Source of the DNA: Clostridiaceae bacterium
Lineage (GTDB): Bacteria; Bacillota; Clostridia; Acetivibrionales; DULL01
Direction: 5' to 3'
DNA length: 64,000 nt
Assembly (NCBI GenBank): GCA_012840395.1
Contig: DULL01000018.1
Location: 5,072-69,071, forward strand
The notes beneath the pieces are model-generated. The model had not been told where the DNA came from and did no database searches. It was given only the letters and a program-made list of their open reading frames with translations. The position numbers and the translations under genes were made by a program. This document shows, in pieces, positions 31,177 to 41,463 of this stretch; position 1 is the first letter of the stretch; every line of letters begins with the position of its first letter.

Positions 31177-32712
31177 ATGGTAACAAGGTTGTATTTCGTA
31201 AGACATGCAGAAGCAGAAGGCAATGTAAAAAGAATATTCCATGGCTGGACCGATGCCAAGCTTACAGAAAAGGGACGTATTCAGGCACAAAAATTAGCAG
31301 CCAGGATGAAAGATATGGATATAGATGTCATCTATTCGAGCAGCCTTGAAAGGGCAAAGGAAACTGCTGCTTATATTGCGGCTGCAAAGAATCTTCCAGT
31401 TATATCTAATGATAACTTAAGAGAAATAAATGGAGGAAGCTGGGAAAATCAGAAGTGGGAAGATCTTCCCTTAAAATGGCCTTATGAATATCATACATGG
31501 GAGAACAGGCCTCATATCCATAACATGCCTGATGGAGAATCCATGGAAGATTTTCAGGAAAGGCTTATTTCTGAAATAAAGTATATAATTGATAATAATA
31601 TGGGTAAAAATGTATGTATTGTTACCCATGGCACTGCAATTAAAGCATTGATATGCTATTTCACCGGATGTTCTCTTGAAGAAATGTTAAATATTAATTG
31701 GGTAGATAATACTTCAATAACTGAAATTCATTATGAAGATGGCACGTTTAAAGTTGTTGATGAAGGTGATTCTTCACATTTGGGAGATGAATACTCTACA
31801 CTGAAATTTCAGGATTGGTGGGAGTACAACAAGATAATGATAGAAAAAAGAAACAGAATTATATCTTTGATGTTTGAGACAGGGGCTTTACAAGTCTGCC
31901 CTGAGGACTCCCCTTTTTGGTATACTTCTGGTACAATAGGACCATATTACATAAACACCCATTATTTGTATGGAAGTAAAGAAAAGGCCGAAATGTTGCT
32001 AAAAGATATCGAAATCGCCACCAAGGACAGACTGACATGTTCTGGTGAGATTTTGGCAAAAGTGCTGAAGAATTATAACGAAGAATTGATATATAAAGAA
32101 TTAATTGATGAATTATGTGATTATATAAAAAGTAAGATAAATATTGATAAAGTAGATTATATCTCAGGAGGAGAACGAAGAGACTGGTTTTTTTCACTAA
32201 TTGCCGCAAGGATACTTAAAAAGCCACATCTGACTATATTTAAGGATCTGGATGTTGTGGTATTTGATGGAGAAAAGTCCTGGAGAACAGATAATATAAA
32301 TGGTGCCAGTGTTTTACATATAGCAGACCTCATCACTGAAGCTTCAAGTTATATAAGGGCCTGGATACCGGCGGTAAAGAGTATAAATGGTGTAATGAAA
32401 TGGTCTGTAGTAATTGTTGATAGGAATCAGGGCGGAGAGGAAATGCTATTAAGAGAGAAGATAATTTCCCACGGGATGGTATATATTAATAAGGGACTTT
32501 TTGATAAAGCACTTTCTTTTGGTTTGATTAATGAAAAACAATATAATTTGATAATAGAATATTTAGAAAATCCAAGAGAGTCAATGAGAAAATTTTTGAT
32601 ACAGAATCCCGAGTTCATTGAAAAGGCAATGAAAAGTGACAAAAGAACAAGGGAAAGAGCTGAACTGTGTATAGAGAAAGATATTTATGGATTGGGAGAG
32701 AGGAAATCTTGA
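31177..32712 (+). CDS. Fusion protein: N-terminal histidine phosphatase (PGM/CobC superfamily) plus C-terminal divergent orotate-phosphoribosyltransferase-like domain
   Basis: The N-terminus carries [10 protein letters not shown] and THGTAI catalytic-His motifs. The C-terminal region of about 300 aa parallels PyrE ([15 protein letters not shown] hood) and has [13 protein letters not shown] at the PRPP-loop position. It sits where pyrE is expected in the operon. Confidence 0.7.
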   Translation: MVTRLYFVRHAEAEGNVKRIFHGWTDAKLTEKGRIQAQKLAARMKDMDIDVIYSSSLERAKETAAYIAAAKNLPVISNDNLREINGGSWENQKWEDLPLKWPYEYHTWENRPHIHNMPDGESMEDFQERLISEIKYIIDNNMGKNVCIVTHGTAIKALICYFTGCSLEEMLNINWVDNTSITEIHYEDGTFKVVDEGDSSHLGDEYSTLKFQDWWEYNKIMIEKRNRIISLMFETGALQVCPEDSPFWYTSGTIGPYYINTHYLYGSKEKAEMLLKDIEIATKDRLTCSGEILAKVLKNYNEELIYKELIDELCDYIKSKINIDKVDYISGGERRDWFFSLIAARILKKPHLTIFKDLDVVVFDGEKSWRTDNINGASVLHIADLITEASSYIRAWIPAVKSINGVMKWSVVIVDRNQGGEEMLLREKIISHGMVYINKGLFDKALSFGLINEKQYNLIIEYLENPRESMRKFLIQNPEFIEKAMKSDKRTRERAELCIEKDIYGLGERKS

Positions 32713-32819
32713 AAAATAGTACAGGGGACAGAAGGAAAGATATTCTGGTCGCGCAGGAGGAAATTGCAAGACAGCAAGGTATTGCAGAGGAAATTAAGCA
32801 ATTGAATTACCAGGAAGAA

Positions 32820-34169
32820 ATGAAAACCGGGAAAAAGAAACTTTTTTATATAGAAACCCTTGGTTGCCAGATGAATGAAAATGATTCAGAAAAATTGGCA
32901 GGTATGTTAAATGAGATGGGATATTCCGAATCTGACAATGCGGAAAACAGCGACCTTATTATAGTAAATACCTGCTGTGTCAGGGAAAATGCCGAACAAA
33001 AAGTATATGGGCACCTGGGTAGATACAAAAGTCTTAAAGAAGAGAAACCTGGTATGGTAATTGCTGTATGCGGATGCATGATGCAGCAAAATGAAGTAGG
33101 TGATAGCATAAAAAGGAAATACAGGCATGTAGATTTGGTATTTGGCACTCACAATTTGCATAAATTTCCTGAATATTTGTACAACGTCTTGTCTTCAAGA
33201 ATAAGAGTTATTGATATATGGGAATCTTCAGGTTCCATAGCCGAGGGTTTGCCAATAACCAGAAAAGACGGAATCAAAGCCTGGGTAACAATTATGTATG
33301 GCTGCAATAATTTCTGCTCTTATTGTATTGTTCCATATGTAAGGGGAAGAGAAAGAAGCAGAATGCCTGAAGATATAGTCAGGGAAATTGAAATATTAGG
33401 AGAACAGGGATATAAAGAGGTTACTTTGCTGGGCCAGAATGTAAATTCCTATGGGAAAGATCTGGATCAGAATATTAGTTTTGCAAGGTTGTTGGAAAAA
33501 ATTAATAAAATTAATGGTATTGAAAGAATAAGATTTACCACATCTCATCCCAAGGATTTGTCTGACGAACTAATTGTTGCCATGAGGGACCTGGAGAAGG
33601 TTTGCAACCATCTTCATCTTCCTTTACAAGCCGGAAGTACAAGAATACTTAAAGCAATGAACAGAAAATATACCAAAGAAGATTATTTATCTTTGACAGA
33701 GAAAATAAAAAAGGAAATACCGGATATAGCCTTGTCCACAGATATTATTGTGGGTTTTCCCGGCGAAACCGAAGAAGATTTTAATGATACTATTGACGTA
33801 GTGGAAAAGGTTAGGTTCGATTCTGCTTATACTTTCCTGTATTCAAAAAGAAAAGGAACACCTGCAGCAAAAAATCCTGAACAAGTGGAGGAAGAAGTTA
33901 AAAAAAGGAGATTTGGAAGACTGTTGGAGGTACAAAACAAAATAAGCAGGGAACTTAATGAAAAACTGCTCAATAAGGTGGAAGAAATACTTGTGGAGGG
34001 TATTAGCAAAAATAATCCTCATGTATATACAGGAAGAACAAGAACCAATAAGATAGTAAACTTTCAGGGGGATTCAAGTATGGTTGGCAGAATTATTAAA
34101 GTTAAAATCAATAAAATTCAAACCTGGTCTCTTGAAGGTACAGTAGTGCCTGCTGGTGATAACAAATGA
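32820..34169 (+). CDS. miaB: tRNA-i6A37 methylthiotransferase MiaB
   Basis: It has the UPF0004 N-domain ([15 protein letters not shown]), the radical-SAM motif [11 protein letters not shown] and a TRAM C-terminus. TTG at 32709 is an alternative upstream start, so the start is uncertain. Confidence 0.9.
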   Translation: MKTGKKKLFYIETLGCQMNENDSEKLAGMLNEMGYSESDNAENSDLIIVNTCCVRENAEQKVYGHLGRYKSLKEEKPGMVIAVCGCMMQQNEVGDSIKRKYRHVDLVFGTHNLHKFPEYLYNVLSSRIRVIDIWESSGSIAEGLPITRKDGIKAWVTIMYGCNNFCSYCIVPYVRGRERSRMPEDIVREIEILGEQGYKEVTLLGQNVNSYGKDLDQNISFARLLEKINKINGIERIRFTTSHPKDLSDELIVAMRDLEKVCNHLHLPLQAGSTRILKAMNRKYTKEDYLSLTEKIKKEIPDIALSTDIIVGFPGETEEDFNDTIDVVEKVRFDSAYTFLYSKRKGTPAAKNPEQVEEEVKKRRFGRLLEVQNKISRELNEKLLNKVEEILVEGISKNNPHVYTGRTRTNKIVNFQGDSSMVGRIIKVKINKIQTWSLEGTVVPAGDNK

Positions 34170-36832
34170 GCACCTTGACTCCAATGATGCAGCAGTATAT
34201 TGAAATAAAAAGCAAGTATAAGGATTGTATTCTTTTTTTCAGGCTGGGTGATTTCTATGAAATGTTTTTTGAAGATGCGGAAATAGCGTCGGCTGAACTT
34301 GAGATTACACTTACCGGAAGGGATTGCGGCCTGGAAGAAAGGGCTCCCATGTGCGGAGTACCATATCATGCTGCAGAAACTTACATAGCAAAATTATTAA
34401 GTAAGGGGTATAAGGTTGCAATATGTGAACAGACTGAAGATCCTGCTCTGGCAAAGGGAATAGTTAAAAGGGAAGTCATAAGGGTAATAACTCCCGGTAC
34501 ATTAACTGAATCATCCATGCTTGACGAGAAAAAGAATAATTTTCTCATGTCTATTTTTAAGGAAGGGTACTGCTTTGGAATAGCAGTTGTAGATCTGTCA
34601 ACAGGGGAATTTGTAACAACTAAAATTACCCGAGGTAATACCACTTCCAAACTCCTGGATGAAATAGCAAAGTATTCTCCTTCTGAGATAATTGCAAATT
34701 CAGCATTACTGGAAGATAATGAGCAAGTAAAATCTATTAGGAACAGATTTGAAACATATATTTCTCATTTTGGTGACAGTTATTTCGAGTTGGAAAATGC
34801 CAGGAACAGATTAATAAGTAAGTTTGAAAAATCAGAACATGGTGTACAGCAATTATTTGCCGGCAGGTCTGATTCTAAATCTTTACTATCGGAAGAACAT
34901 TTATGGCAAAGTGCTTCAGGCGCATTACTTGAATACCTGGAGCAAACCCAGAAAACCAGTCTGGATCACATACAAAAACTCGAATTGTATGAGATTGAGG
35001 AATATATGGTTCTGGATGTTTCCACCAGAAGAAACCTTGAATTGACTGAAACTATGAGGGATAAGTCCAGAAAGGGTACACTACTGTGGGTGCTTGACAG
35101 GACAAATACTTCTATGGGAGCGAGAATGCTGAAAAAATGGATAGAGCAGCCACTGGTAAATATAGATGATATTAATGAGAGGCTTGCGGCGGTAGAGGAA
35201 TTTAAAAACCGCTTTATGGTAAGAATGGAAATAAAGGAGTTGCTAAAAGGGGTCTATGATATTGAAAGACTAACGAGTAAAATTGTTATTGGATCTGCCA
35301 ACTGCAGAGACCTTATAGCTCTAAAAAACTCCCTGGGTAAGCTTCCATATATTAAGGAAATACTAAAAAATTGTACAGCTTCATTGAACAATAAAAATTA
35401 TAACCAGATAGATACATTGGAAGATATATATCAGCTTATAGAAAACTCTATTGTCGATGATCCTCCTGTTGCTGTAAAAGAAGGAGGTATCATAAAAACC
35501 GGTTTTAATGAGGAAGTGGACAAGCTAAGAAAGGCATCTACGGAAGGTAAAGACTGGATCCTGCAATTGGAAAGTACTGAAAGGGAAAAGACGGGTATAA
35601 AAAACCTGAAGGTAGGATATAACAGGGTTTTCGGATATTATATCGAAGTAACAAAATCATATTATTCCCAGGTACCTTCAAGTTATATCAGGAAGCAGAC
35701 CCTTTCAAATTGTGAAAGGTATATTACACAAGAATTAAAAGAAATTGAGGATACAATTCTTGGAGCCGAAAGTAAAGTAATTGAACTCGAATACAGTTTA
35801 TTTTTAGAAATTAAAGCCAAAATAGCATCTGAGGTATCGCGAATTAAGAATACCGCCAGGGCAATAGCTGAGATAGATGTTTTGTGTTCATTGGCAGAAG
35901 TGGCTGACAGGGAATCATACATTATGCCATCTGTTGATTCCGGTGGTATAATCGAAATTAAAGGCGGCAGACATCCTGTTGTAGAAAAAATGCTGGAAGA
36001 AGGTACATTTGTTCCTAATGATACATTGCTGGACATGGAAGAAAACCGAATATTAATTATTACCGGACCCAACATGGCAGGTAAGTCCACCTATATGCGG
36101 CAGGTAGCCCTGATAGTTTTAATGGCTCAACTGGGAAGTTTTGTACCTGCCGAATATGCCAAAATTGGTGTGGTGGACCGGATATTCACCAGGGTAGGGG
36201 CATCGGATGACCTTGCTTCAGGCCAAAGCACATTTATGGTTGAAATGACTGAGGTGGCCAATATATTGGCAAATGCAACTTCAAGGAGTCTTCTGGTACT
36301 TGATGAAATTGGAAGAGGAACGAGTACTTTCGACGGTCTCAGCATAGCATGGGCGGTTATAGAGTATATCAGCGACAAGGAAATAATGGGGGCAAGAACC
36401 TTATTTGCCACACACTATCATGAACTGACAGAGTTAGAGGGAGAAATTGAAGGAGTTAAGAATTACTGTATCTCTGTAAAAGAAAAAGGAGAAGATATAA
36501 TATTTTTAAGGAAAATAATCAGGGGTGGAGCCGATAGCAGTTACGGAATACAGGTGGCCAGGCTGGCAGGTCTTCCACAGGTTGTACTGGATAGGGCAAA
36601 GGAAGTTCTAAAAGAGCTGGAAGATACCGATATAAGCAAGAAACAGACCAGAAGCAGACGCGGCAGGGCACCGATAGAAGGTCAGATTGATATATTCCAT
36701 ATGAATAGTCAGACAAAGAGTAAAGACACGATAATTGAGGAAATAAAAAAAGTAGATATTTCAAAGATAACACCTCTGGATGCTCTGAATTTTATTTATA
36801 GGCTGCAGGAAAAAATCAAGAAGGGATTATAA
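34166..36832 (+). CDS. mutS: DNA mismatch repair protein MutS
   Basis: The N-terminus is TPMMQQY and Walker [10 protein letters not shown] is present. The start overlaps the miaB stop codon. Confidence 0.97.
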   Translation: MSTLTPMMQQYIEIKSKYKDCILFFRLGDFYEMFFEDAEIASAELEITLTGRDCGLEERAPMCGVPYHAAETYIAKLLSKGYKVAICEQTEDPALAKGIVKREVIRVITPGTLTESSMLDEKKNNFLMSIFKEGYCFGIAVVDLSTGEFVTTKITRGNTTSKLLDEIAKYSPSEIIANSALLEDNEQVKSIRNRFETYISHFGDSYFELENARNRLISKFEKSEHGVQQLFAGRSDSKSLLSEEHLWQSASGALLEYLEQTQKTSLDHIQKLELYEIEEYMVLDVSTRRNLELTETMRDKSRKGTLLWVLDRTNTSMGARMLKKWIEQPLVNIDDINERLAAVEEFKNRFMVRMEIKELLKGVYDIERLTSKIVIGSANCRDLIALKNSLGKLPYIKEILKNCTASLNNKNYNQIDTLEDIYQLIENSIVDDPPVAVKEGGIIKTGFNEEVDKLRKASTEGKDWILQLESTEREKTGIKNLKVGYNRVFGYYIEVTKSYYSQVPSSYIRKQTLSNCERYITQELKEIEDTILGAESKVIELEYSLFLEIKAKIASEVSRIKNTARAIAEIDVLCSLAEVADRESYIMPSVDSGGIIEIKGGRHPVVEKMLEEGTFVPNDTLLDMEENRILIITGPNMAGKSTYMRQVALIVLMAQLGSFVPAEYAKIGVVDRIFTRVGASDDLASGQSTFMVEMTEVANILANATSRSLLVLDEIGRGTSTFDGLSIAWAVIEYISDKEIMGARTLFATHYHELTELEGEIEGVKNYCISVKEKGEDIIFLRKIIRGGADSSYGIQVARLAGLPQVVLDRAKEVLKELEDTDISKKQTRSRRGRAPIEGQIDIFHMNSQTKSKDTIIEEIKKVDISKITPLDALNFIYRLQEKIKKGL

Positions 36833-38757
36833 TGAGTAAAATTATTGTATTAGATGAGATTACTGTGAACAGAATAGCAGCAGGAGAGGTTGTTGAAAGG
36901 CCTGCATCAGTTGTCAAGGAGCTTGTAGAAAACTCCCTGGATGCAGGTGCTTCCAGTATTACTGTTGAGATAAAAAATGGAGGAATTACATATATTAAGG
37001 TTATGGATAACGGCTCAGGAATAGAAGAAGGAGATGTAGAAATAGCTTTTGAAAGGCATGCAACCAGTAAAATAATGTATCCGGATGATCTTGAGTCAGT
37101 ATCAACTATGGGTTTTAGAGGGGAAGCCCTGGCAAGCATTGCAGCAGTTTCAAACATTGAGCTTACAACAAGAACTAAGGGCAGTATTTATGGTACTTAT
37201 ATTAAGTTAAGCGGTGGTACTATATTAGAAAAGAATCAAAAGGGATGTCCTGTAGGAACAACCATAATTGTAAAAGACTTGTTTTTCAATACTCCCGCAA
37301 GGTATAAGTTTCTGAAAAAAGACAGTACCGAAGGTGGCTATGTGGCAGATATACTTAACCGTATAGCATTAGGTAACCCGGATGTCTCCATAAAGCTTGT
37401 AAATAATGGGACTGTGGTACTGCATACTCCGGGAAACAATGACCTTTTAAGTGCAGTTTTCAGCGTTTATGGGAGAGATATTTCCAGCAGGTTGATTAAA
37501 ATAGACTATGTGGAAGATAATGTAAGAATTACAGGTTATGCGGGCAAGCCTGAGATAGCAAGATCCAACAGAAATCATCAGTCAATATTTGTTAACGGAA
37601 GATACATTAAGAGTAAGATAGTTACATCAGCTATTGATGAGGCATATAAAACTCTTCTTATGAAAAATAAATTCCCATTTATTATATTAAATATAGATAT
37701 TAATCCTTCCCTGGTGGATGTAAATGTGCACCCTGCAAAAACCGAGGTAAGGTTTTCCAGTGAGCAGGATACATTTAGAATTGTTTATAATGCAATCTAT
37801 GGATCAGTAATGGAGAAACCCCTTATTAGAAATATTGAATCTGCCGGAAATGAATATTTACCGGGTGAAATATATCCTGGTCAAAGCCCTGGGGAAGGTA
37901 TAACCAGGGATTACTATCAGAAATCTGATTATAAGTGGAGTGAATTTCAAAAGGATGATTATAAACAAGAGAGCTTTGATGTTAAAGGGCATTTAGTTTC
38001 TGATAACATGTCACCTGGTTCGGTGTTTCAAAGTGACGAATTATTCGGGAATAATATAGAAAGTAATTTCCCGGGGAACAGGGACAAAAGTGATGAAACT
38101 GCAAAGATGACCCCTGGGGACTTATCTGATAAACCTGAGGTTTTGCCTGTTAATGATGCAAAAATGATTATGGATGAACTATTGGAGGCAAAAATAATTG
38201 GACAGGTTTTTTCAACATATATATTATTGGAATATAACCAAGAAATTATTATAATTGACCAGCATGCTGCCCATGAGAGGATAATGTATGAAAGCCTGCT
38301 AAGAAAATATAAGAATAATGAAACCTTGGCCCAGACACTGTTAAATCCTGTAACAGTTGAGCTAACAAACAGTGAAATAATGCTTCTTGAGGCTAATAAG
38401 GATTTTTTTAATAAGATGGGTTTTATATTTGAGAATTTTGGTAATAATTCTATTATACTAAGAGCAGTACCCTATATTAATTCTCAAAGTGATTTCAATA
38501 GTTTGTTCCTGGATATAATAGATATTGCCAAAGGCGTGAACAGGCAAGAACACACAAAAACAGAGGAAGAAGCATTATATATGATGGCTTGCAAGGCTGC
38601 TGTAAAGGCAAATAAAAAGCTTGACAACATGGAAGTAAAAAGTTTATTGAGAGAGATGGCAAGCCTGGATAACCCATATTCATGCCCTCATGGCAGGCCT
38701 ACAATGATAAAAATGAGCTTACGTGAGCTTGAAAAAAGATTTAAGAGGATTATATAG
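36832..38757 (+). CDS. mutL: DNA mismatch repair endonuclease MutL
   Basis: It has the GHKL ATPase motifs (ELVENSLDAG, GFRGEAL), a low-complexity linker and a C-terminal dimerisation/endonuclease domain (DQHAAHER). Confidence 0.95.
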   Translation: MSKIIVLDEITVNRIAAGEVVERPASVVKELVENSLDAGASSITVEIKNGGITYIKVMDNGSGIEEGDVEIAFERHATSKIMYPDDLESVSTMGFRGEALASIAAVSNIELTTRTKGSIYGTYIKLSGGTILEKNQKGCPVGTTIIVKDLFFNTPARYKFLKKDSTEGGYVADILNRIALGNPDVSIKLVNNGTVVLHTPGNNDLLSAVFSVYGRDISSRLIKIDYVEDNVRITGYAGKPEIARSNRNHQSIFVNGRYIKSKIVTSAIDEAYKTLLMKNKFPFIILNIDINPSLVDVNVHPAKTEVRFSSEQDTFRIVYNAIYGSVMEKPLIRNIESAGNEYLPGEIYPGQSPGEGITRDYYQKSDYKWSEFQKDDYKQESFDVKGHLVSDNMSPGSVFQSDELFGNNIESNFPGNRDKSDETAKMTPGDLSDKPEVLPVNDAKMIMDELLEAKIIGQVFSTYILLEYNQEIIIIDQHAAHERIMYESLLRKYKNNETLAQTLLNPVTVELTNSEIMLLEANKDFFNKMGFIFENFGNNSIILRAVPYINSQSDFNSLFLDIIDIAKGVNRQEHTKTEEEALYMMACKAAVKANKKLDNMEVKSLLREMASLDNPYSCPHGRPTMIKMSLRELEKRFKRII

Positions 38758-38806
38758 CATACCAATGTGAGTATATAAATTAACAAAAAACATAGGAGGT
38801 CATAAA

Positions 38807-39748
38807 TTGGGAAATGCTATTGTAATTGTCGGACCTACGGCTGTGGGAAAGACAAAAGTATCCATAGATCTTGCCCGGGAAATAAATGGCGAGATAATAT
38901 CAGCTGACTCAATGCAAGTATATAAATTCATGGATATAGGGACTGCAAAACCTGACGAAGAGGAAATGTGCGGTGTAAATCATTATCTTATTAGCTGTAT
39001 ATATCCTGACCAGGAATTTAGTGTTGCAAAGTTTAAGGAATTGGCCTTAAAATATATGGATGAAATAACTGAAAAAGGTAAAATTCCAATAATTGTTGGT
39101 GGAACAGGATTATACATAAATTCCCTGGTATATAATATTAATTTTTCGGATACAATAACTGATTGGGAACTTCGTGAGAGCCTGAGAAAGGAAGCAGAGG
39201 AGAAGGGTAATGAATATCTGCATGAAATGCTTAAGGAAATTGATCCCGAGTCAGCGGAAAGAATTCATAAAAATGATATTAAAAGAATCATAAGAGCTAT
39301 AGAAGTGTATAAATATACTAATAAAACAATTTCCCAGCATCAGAGGACTTCGAGAACAGAACCTTCCAAATACAAGTTTTTAATTTACGGTCTGCAAATG
39401 GAAAGGGCAAAACTCTATGATAGAATAAACAGAAGAGTTGATGCAATGATCAGGAAAGGTCTTGTCAATGAGGTCAGAAAGCTTGTTGAAATGGGTTATG
39501 ACAAAAACTCCATTGCTATGCAGGGACTGGGTTACAAACAAATTTTGTGGTACCTGAAGGGCTTAACGACTCTTGAAGAGTCAATTTATCTATTGAAAAG
39601 AGATACCAGAAGATATGCAAAAAGGCAATTGACCTGGTTTAAAAGACTTGAGGGTGTCAAATGGATAAACGTAGACAGATTGGGGGAAGAGGGTGGAGCG
39701 CTTAGAGAAATCCAATCAAATATTGCATTGACTGGAATTATCTTATAA
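38807..39748 (+). CDS. miaA: tRNA dimethylallyltransferase
   Basis: It has the P-loop GPTAVGKT. The start is TTG after AGGAGG. Confidence 0.95.
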   Translation: MGNAIVIVGPTAVGKTKVSIDLAREINGEIISADSMQVYKFMDIGTAKPDEEEMCGVNHYLISCIYPDQEFSVAKFKELALKYMDEITEKGKIPIIVGGTGLYINSLVYNINFSDTITDWELRESLRKEAEEKGNEYLHEMLKEIDPESAERIHKNDIKRIIRAIEVYKYTNKTISQHQRTSRTEPSKYKFLIYGLQMERAKLYDRINRRVDAMIRKGLVNEVRKLVEMGYDKNSIAMQGLGYKQILWYLKGLTTLEESIYLLKRDTRRYAKRQLTWFKRLEGVKWINVDRLGEEGGALREIQSNIALTGIIL

Positions 39749-39829
39749 AATTAGTAATATCAAATTAATAAAAATATAATGAATTGAAGGTTTGGTCAGA
39801 TAATTTGCATATAAGAGGAGGATTTTTCA

Positions 39830-40072
39830 GTGAACAAGACAAATATTAATTTACAGGATGTTTTTTTAAATCAAGTACGTAAAGAATACATAGCAGTTAC
39901 AGTATATTTAACAAATGGTTTTCAGCTAAAAGGATTAGTAAAAGGGTTCGATAATTTTACTGTTGTTTTGGAAACTGATGGGAAACAGCAACTTATATAT
40001 AAACATGCAATATCCACTATAGCTCCATTGAAAGCAGTTAATCTTATTTTTAATGATAGTGGAAAAGAATAA
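39830..40072 (+). CDS. hfq: RNA chaperone Hfq
   Basis: It has the Sm1/Sm2 motifs ([33 protein letters not shown]). The start is GTG. Confidence 0.95.
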   Translation: MNKTNINLQDVFLNQVRKEYIAVTVYLTNGFQLKGLVKGFDNFTVVLETDGKQQLIYKHAISTIAPLKAVNLIFNDSGKE

Positions 40073-40155
40073 GGATTTTATAAAATACAGGTAAAGTGTA
40101 TGGTTTAATAATACAAATCATTCACTTTATACTGTTTACAGGTAAGATATGTTTA

Positions 40156-40806
40156 TTATAGTTTTCTGAATACTCCGATAACTTTGCCAAGTATTGAAAC
40201 ATTATCTTTAACGATTATTGGTTCCATATACCTGTTTTCAGGTTGAAGCCTTATATAATCCTTTTCCTTGTAAAAGGTTTTAATGGTAGCTTCATCTCCG
40301 ATTAGGGCAACTACAATATCACCATTTTGTGCAGATGACTGCTGCCTTACCAGAACCATATCCCCATCAAGGATGCCTGCTTCTATCATACTTTCACCCT
40401 TAACCTTTAACATAAATGTGGTAGAATTCCGGACAAATTCAGCAGGCAAAGGGAAAGTATCTTCAATATTTTCCACGGCGAGAATAGGCTGTCCTGCAGT
40501 TACTTTACCTACAATCGGAACTTGAATTATCTTTTTGCCTAAAAAGCCATAGTTCTGTTGTAACAGATCACTTTTATGATTACTTTCTTGATTGTCCACT
40601 ACTTTTATAGCTCTTGGTTTAGAAGGATCCTTTTGTATGAAACCCTCTTTTTCCAGCTTGGCAAGGTAGCTGTGAACTGTAGAAGTAGATTTAAGACCTA
40701 TCGCGCTGCAAATTTCCCTCACTGATGGAGGGTACCCTTTTTCTTCTACTTCCTTTCTGAGAAAATCAAGAATCTTTTGCTGTTTATCATTATTCTTTTT
40801 TGGCAT
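40156..40806 (-). CDS. lexA: SOS repressor LexA
   Basis: It has an N-terminal winged HTH (GYPPSVREI) and a C-terminal S24 peptidase domain ([11 protein letters not shown]). Confidence 0.95.
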   Translation of the reverse strand: MPKKNNDKQQKILDFLRKEVEEKGYPPSVREICSAIGLKSTSTVHSYLAKLEKEGFIQKDPSKPRAIKVVDNQESNHKSDLLQQNYGFLGKKIIQVPIVGKVTAGQPILAVENIEDTFPLPAEFVRNSTTFMLKVKGESMIEAGILDGDMVLVRQQSSAQNGDIVVALIGDEATIKTFYKEKDYIRLQPENRYMEPIIVKDNVSILGKVIGVFRKL

Positions 40807-40867
40807 AAAACCATTCCTTTCATAGCCCTATGGCAAAAGAAAATTATATATTGCCGCTTTCAGATAT

Positions 40868-40963
40868 ATTATAACATTTTCCAGAAAAATGTCAAACAAA
40901 TGTTCGAATAATATTGACACAGAACATATGTTTGTACTAAAATATAACCAGAACACATGTTCT
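40868..40963. promoter_or_regulatory. Divergent lexA and yneA-like promoters with three Gram-positive SOS (Cheo) boxes
   Basis: The boxes are cAAACAAATGTTCg (40893-40906), aGAACATATGTTTg (40921-34) and aGAACACATGTTCt (40950-63). The lexA promoter is TTGACA-16-TATAAT on the - strand (40895-40868). The + strand promoter is TTGACA (40914-19)-18-TAAAAT (40938-43). Confidence 0.8.
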
Positions 40964-40989
40964 ATAATATCCAGAGGTAGGGATACATT

Positions 40990-41274
40990 ATGAATAGAAG
41001 ATACATACTTGTAAACAAGAGAAGATTTATTGTAATAGTTGCCATGGCTTTGATGATTATTTCCACTTTAATATTTTCTGCATCGGCACAGGGCTTTAAA
41101 GAAATTAATTATATAACAGTAAAAATTCAAAAAGGAGACACATTATGGTCTATTGCTGAAAAATATGGAGGTAATTCAGATATAAGAAAATACATATTTG
41201 AGATAAAAAAAGCAAATAATCTTTTAAACAGTCAAATTTATGAAGGAGATGAGCTGAAGATACCGGTATATTAA
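40990..41274 (+). CDS. yneA: YneA-like SOS-inducible cell division inhibitor (TM anchor plus LysM)
   Basis: The 94-aa protein has an N-terminal TM segment and a single LysM domain (VKIQKGDTLWSIAEKY...GDELKIP). It is divergent from lexA and lies behind SOS boxes, the arrangement known from Bacillus subtilis. Confidence 0.65.
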   Translation: MNRRYILVNKRRFIVIVAMALMIISTLIFSASAQGFKEINYITVKIQKGDTLWSIAEKYGGNSDIRKYIFEIKKANNLLNSQIYEGDELKIPVY

Positions 41275-41463
41275 GTTGAGATTCATTATCAAAGAAACAG
41301 CAAGAATACTCCCGCATTATAAGCAGGAGATAAATTGCTATGGTATAAACAGTGGATATATTCAGATAAAAATAAACCGGCACTAATCACTATTGCAAAA
41401 AAACCGGCTTATATGATAGACTATCTTTGACTTAAGTCTTTGAGTGGATGTGCAGAATAAAAA

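Noticed and set aside
31104-31349. An 81-aa ORF overlapping the start of the phosphatase/PyrE-like fusion gene.
   Set aside because: It is in a different frame from the strongly supported RHAEAEGN phosphatase N-terminus and has no independent support.
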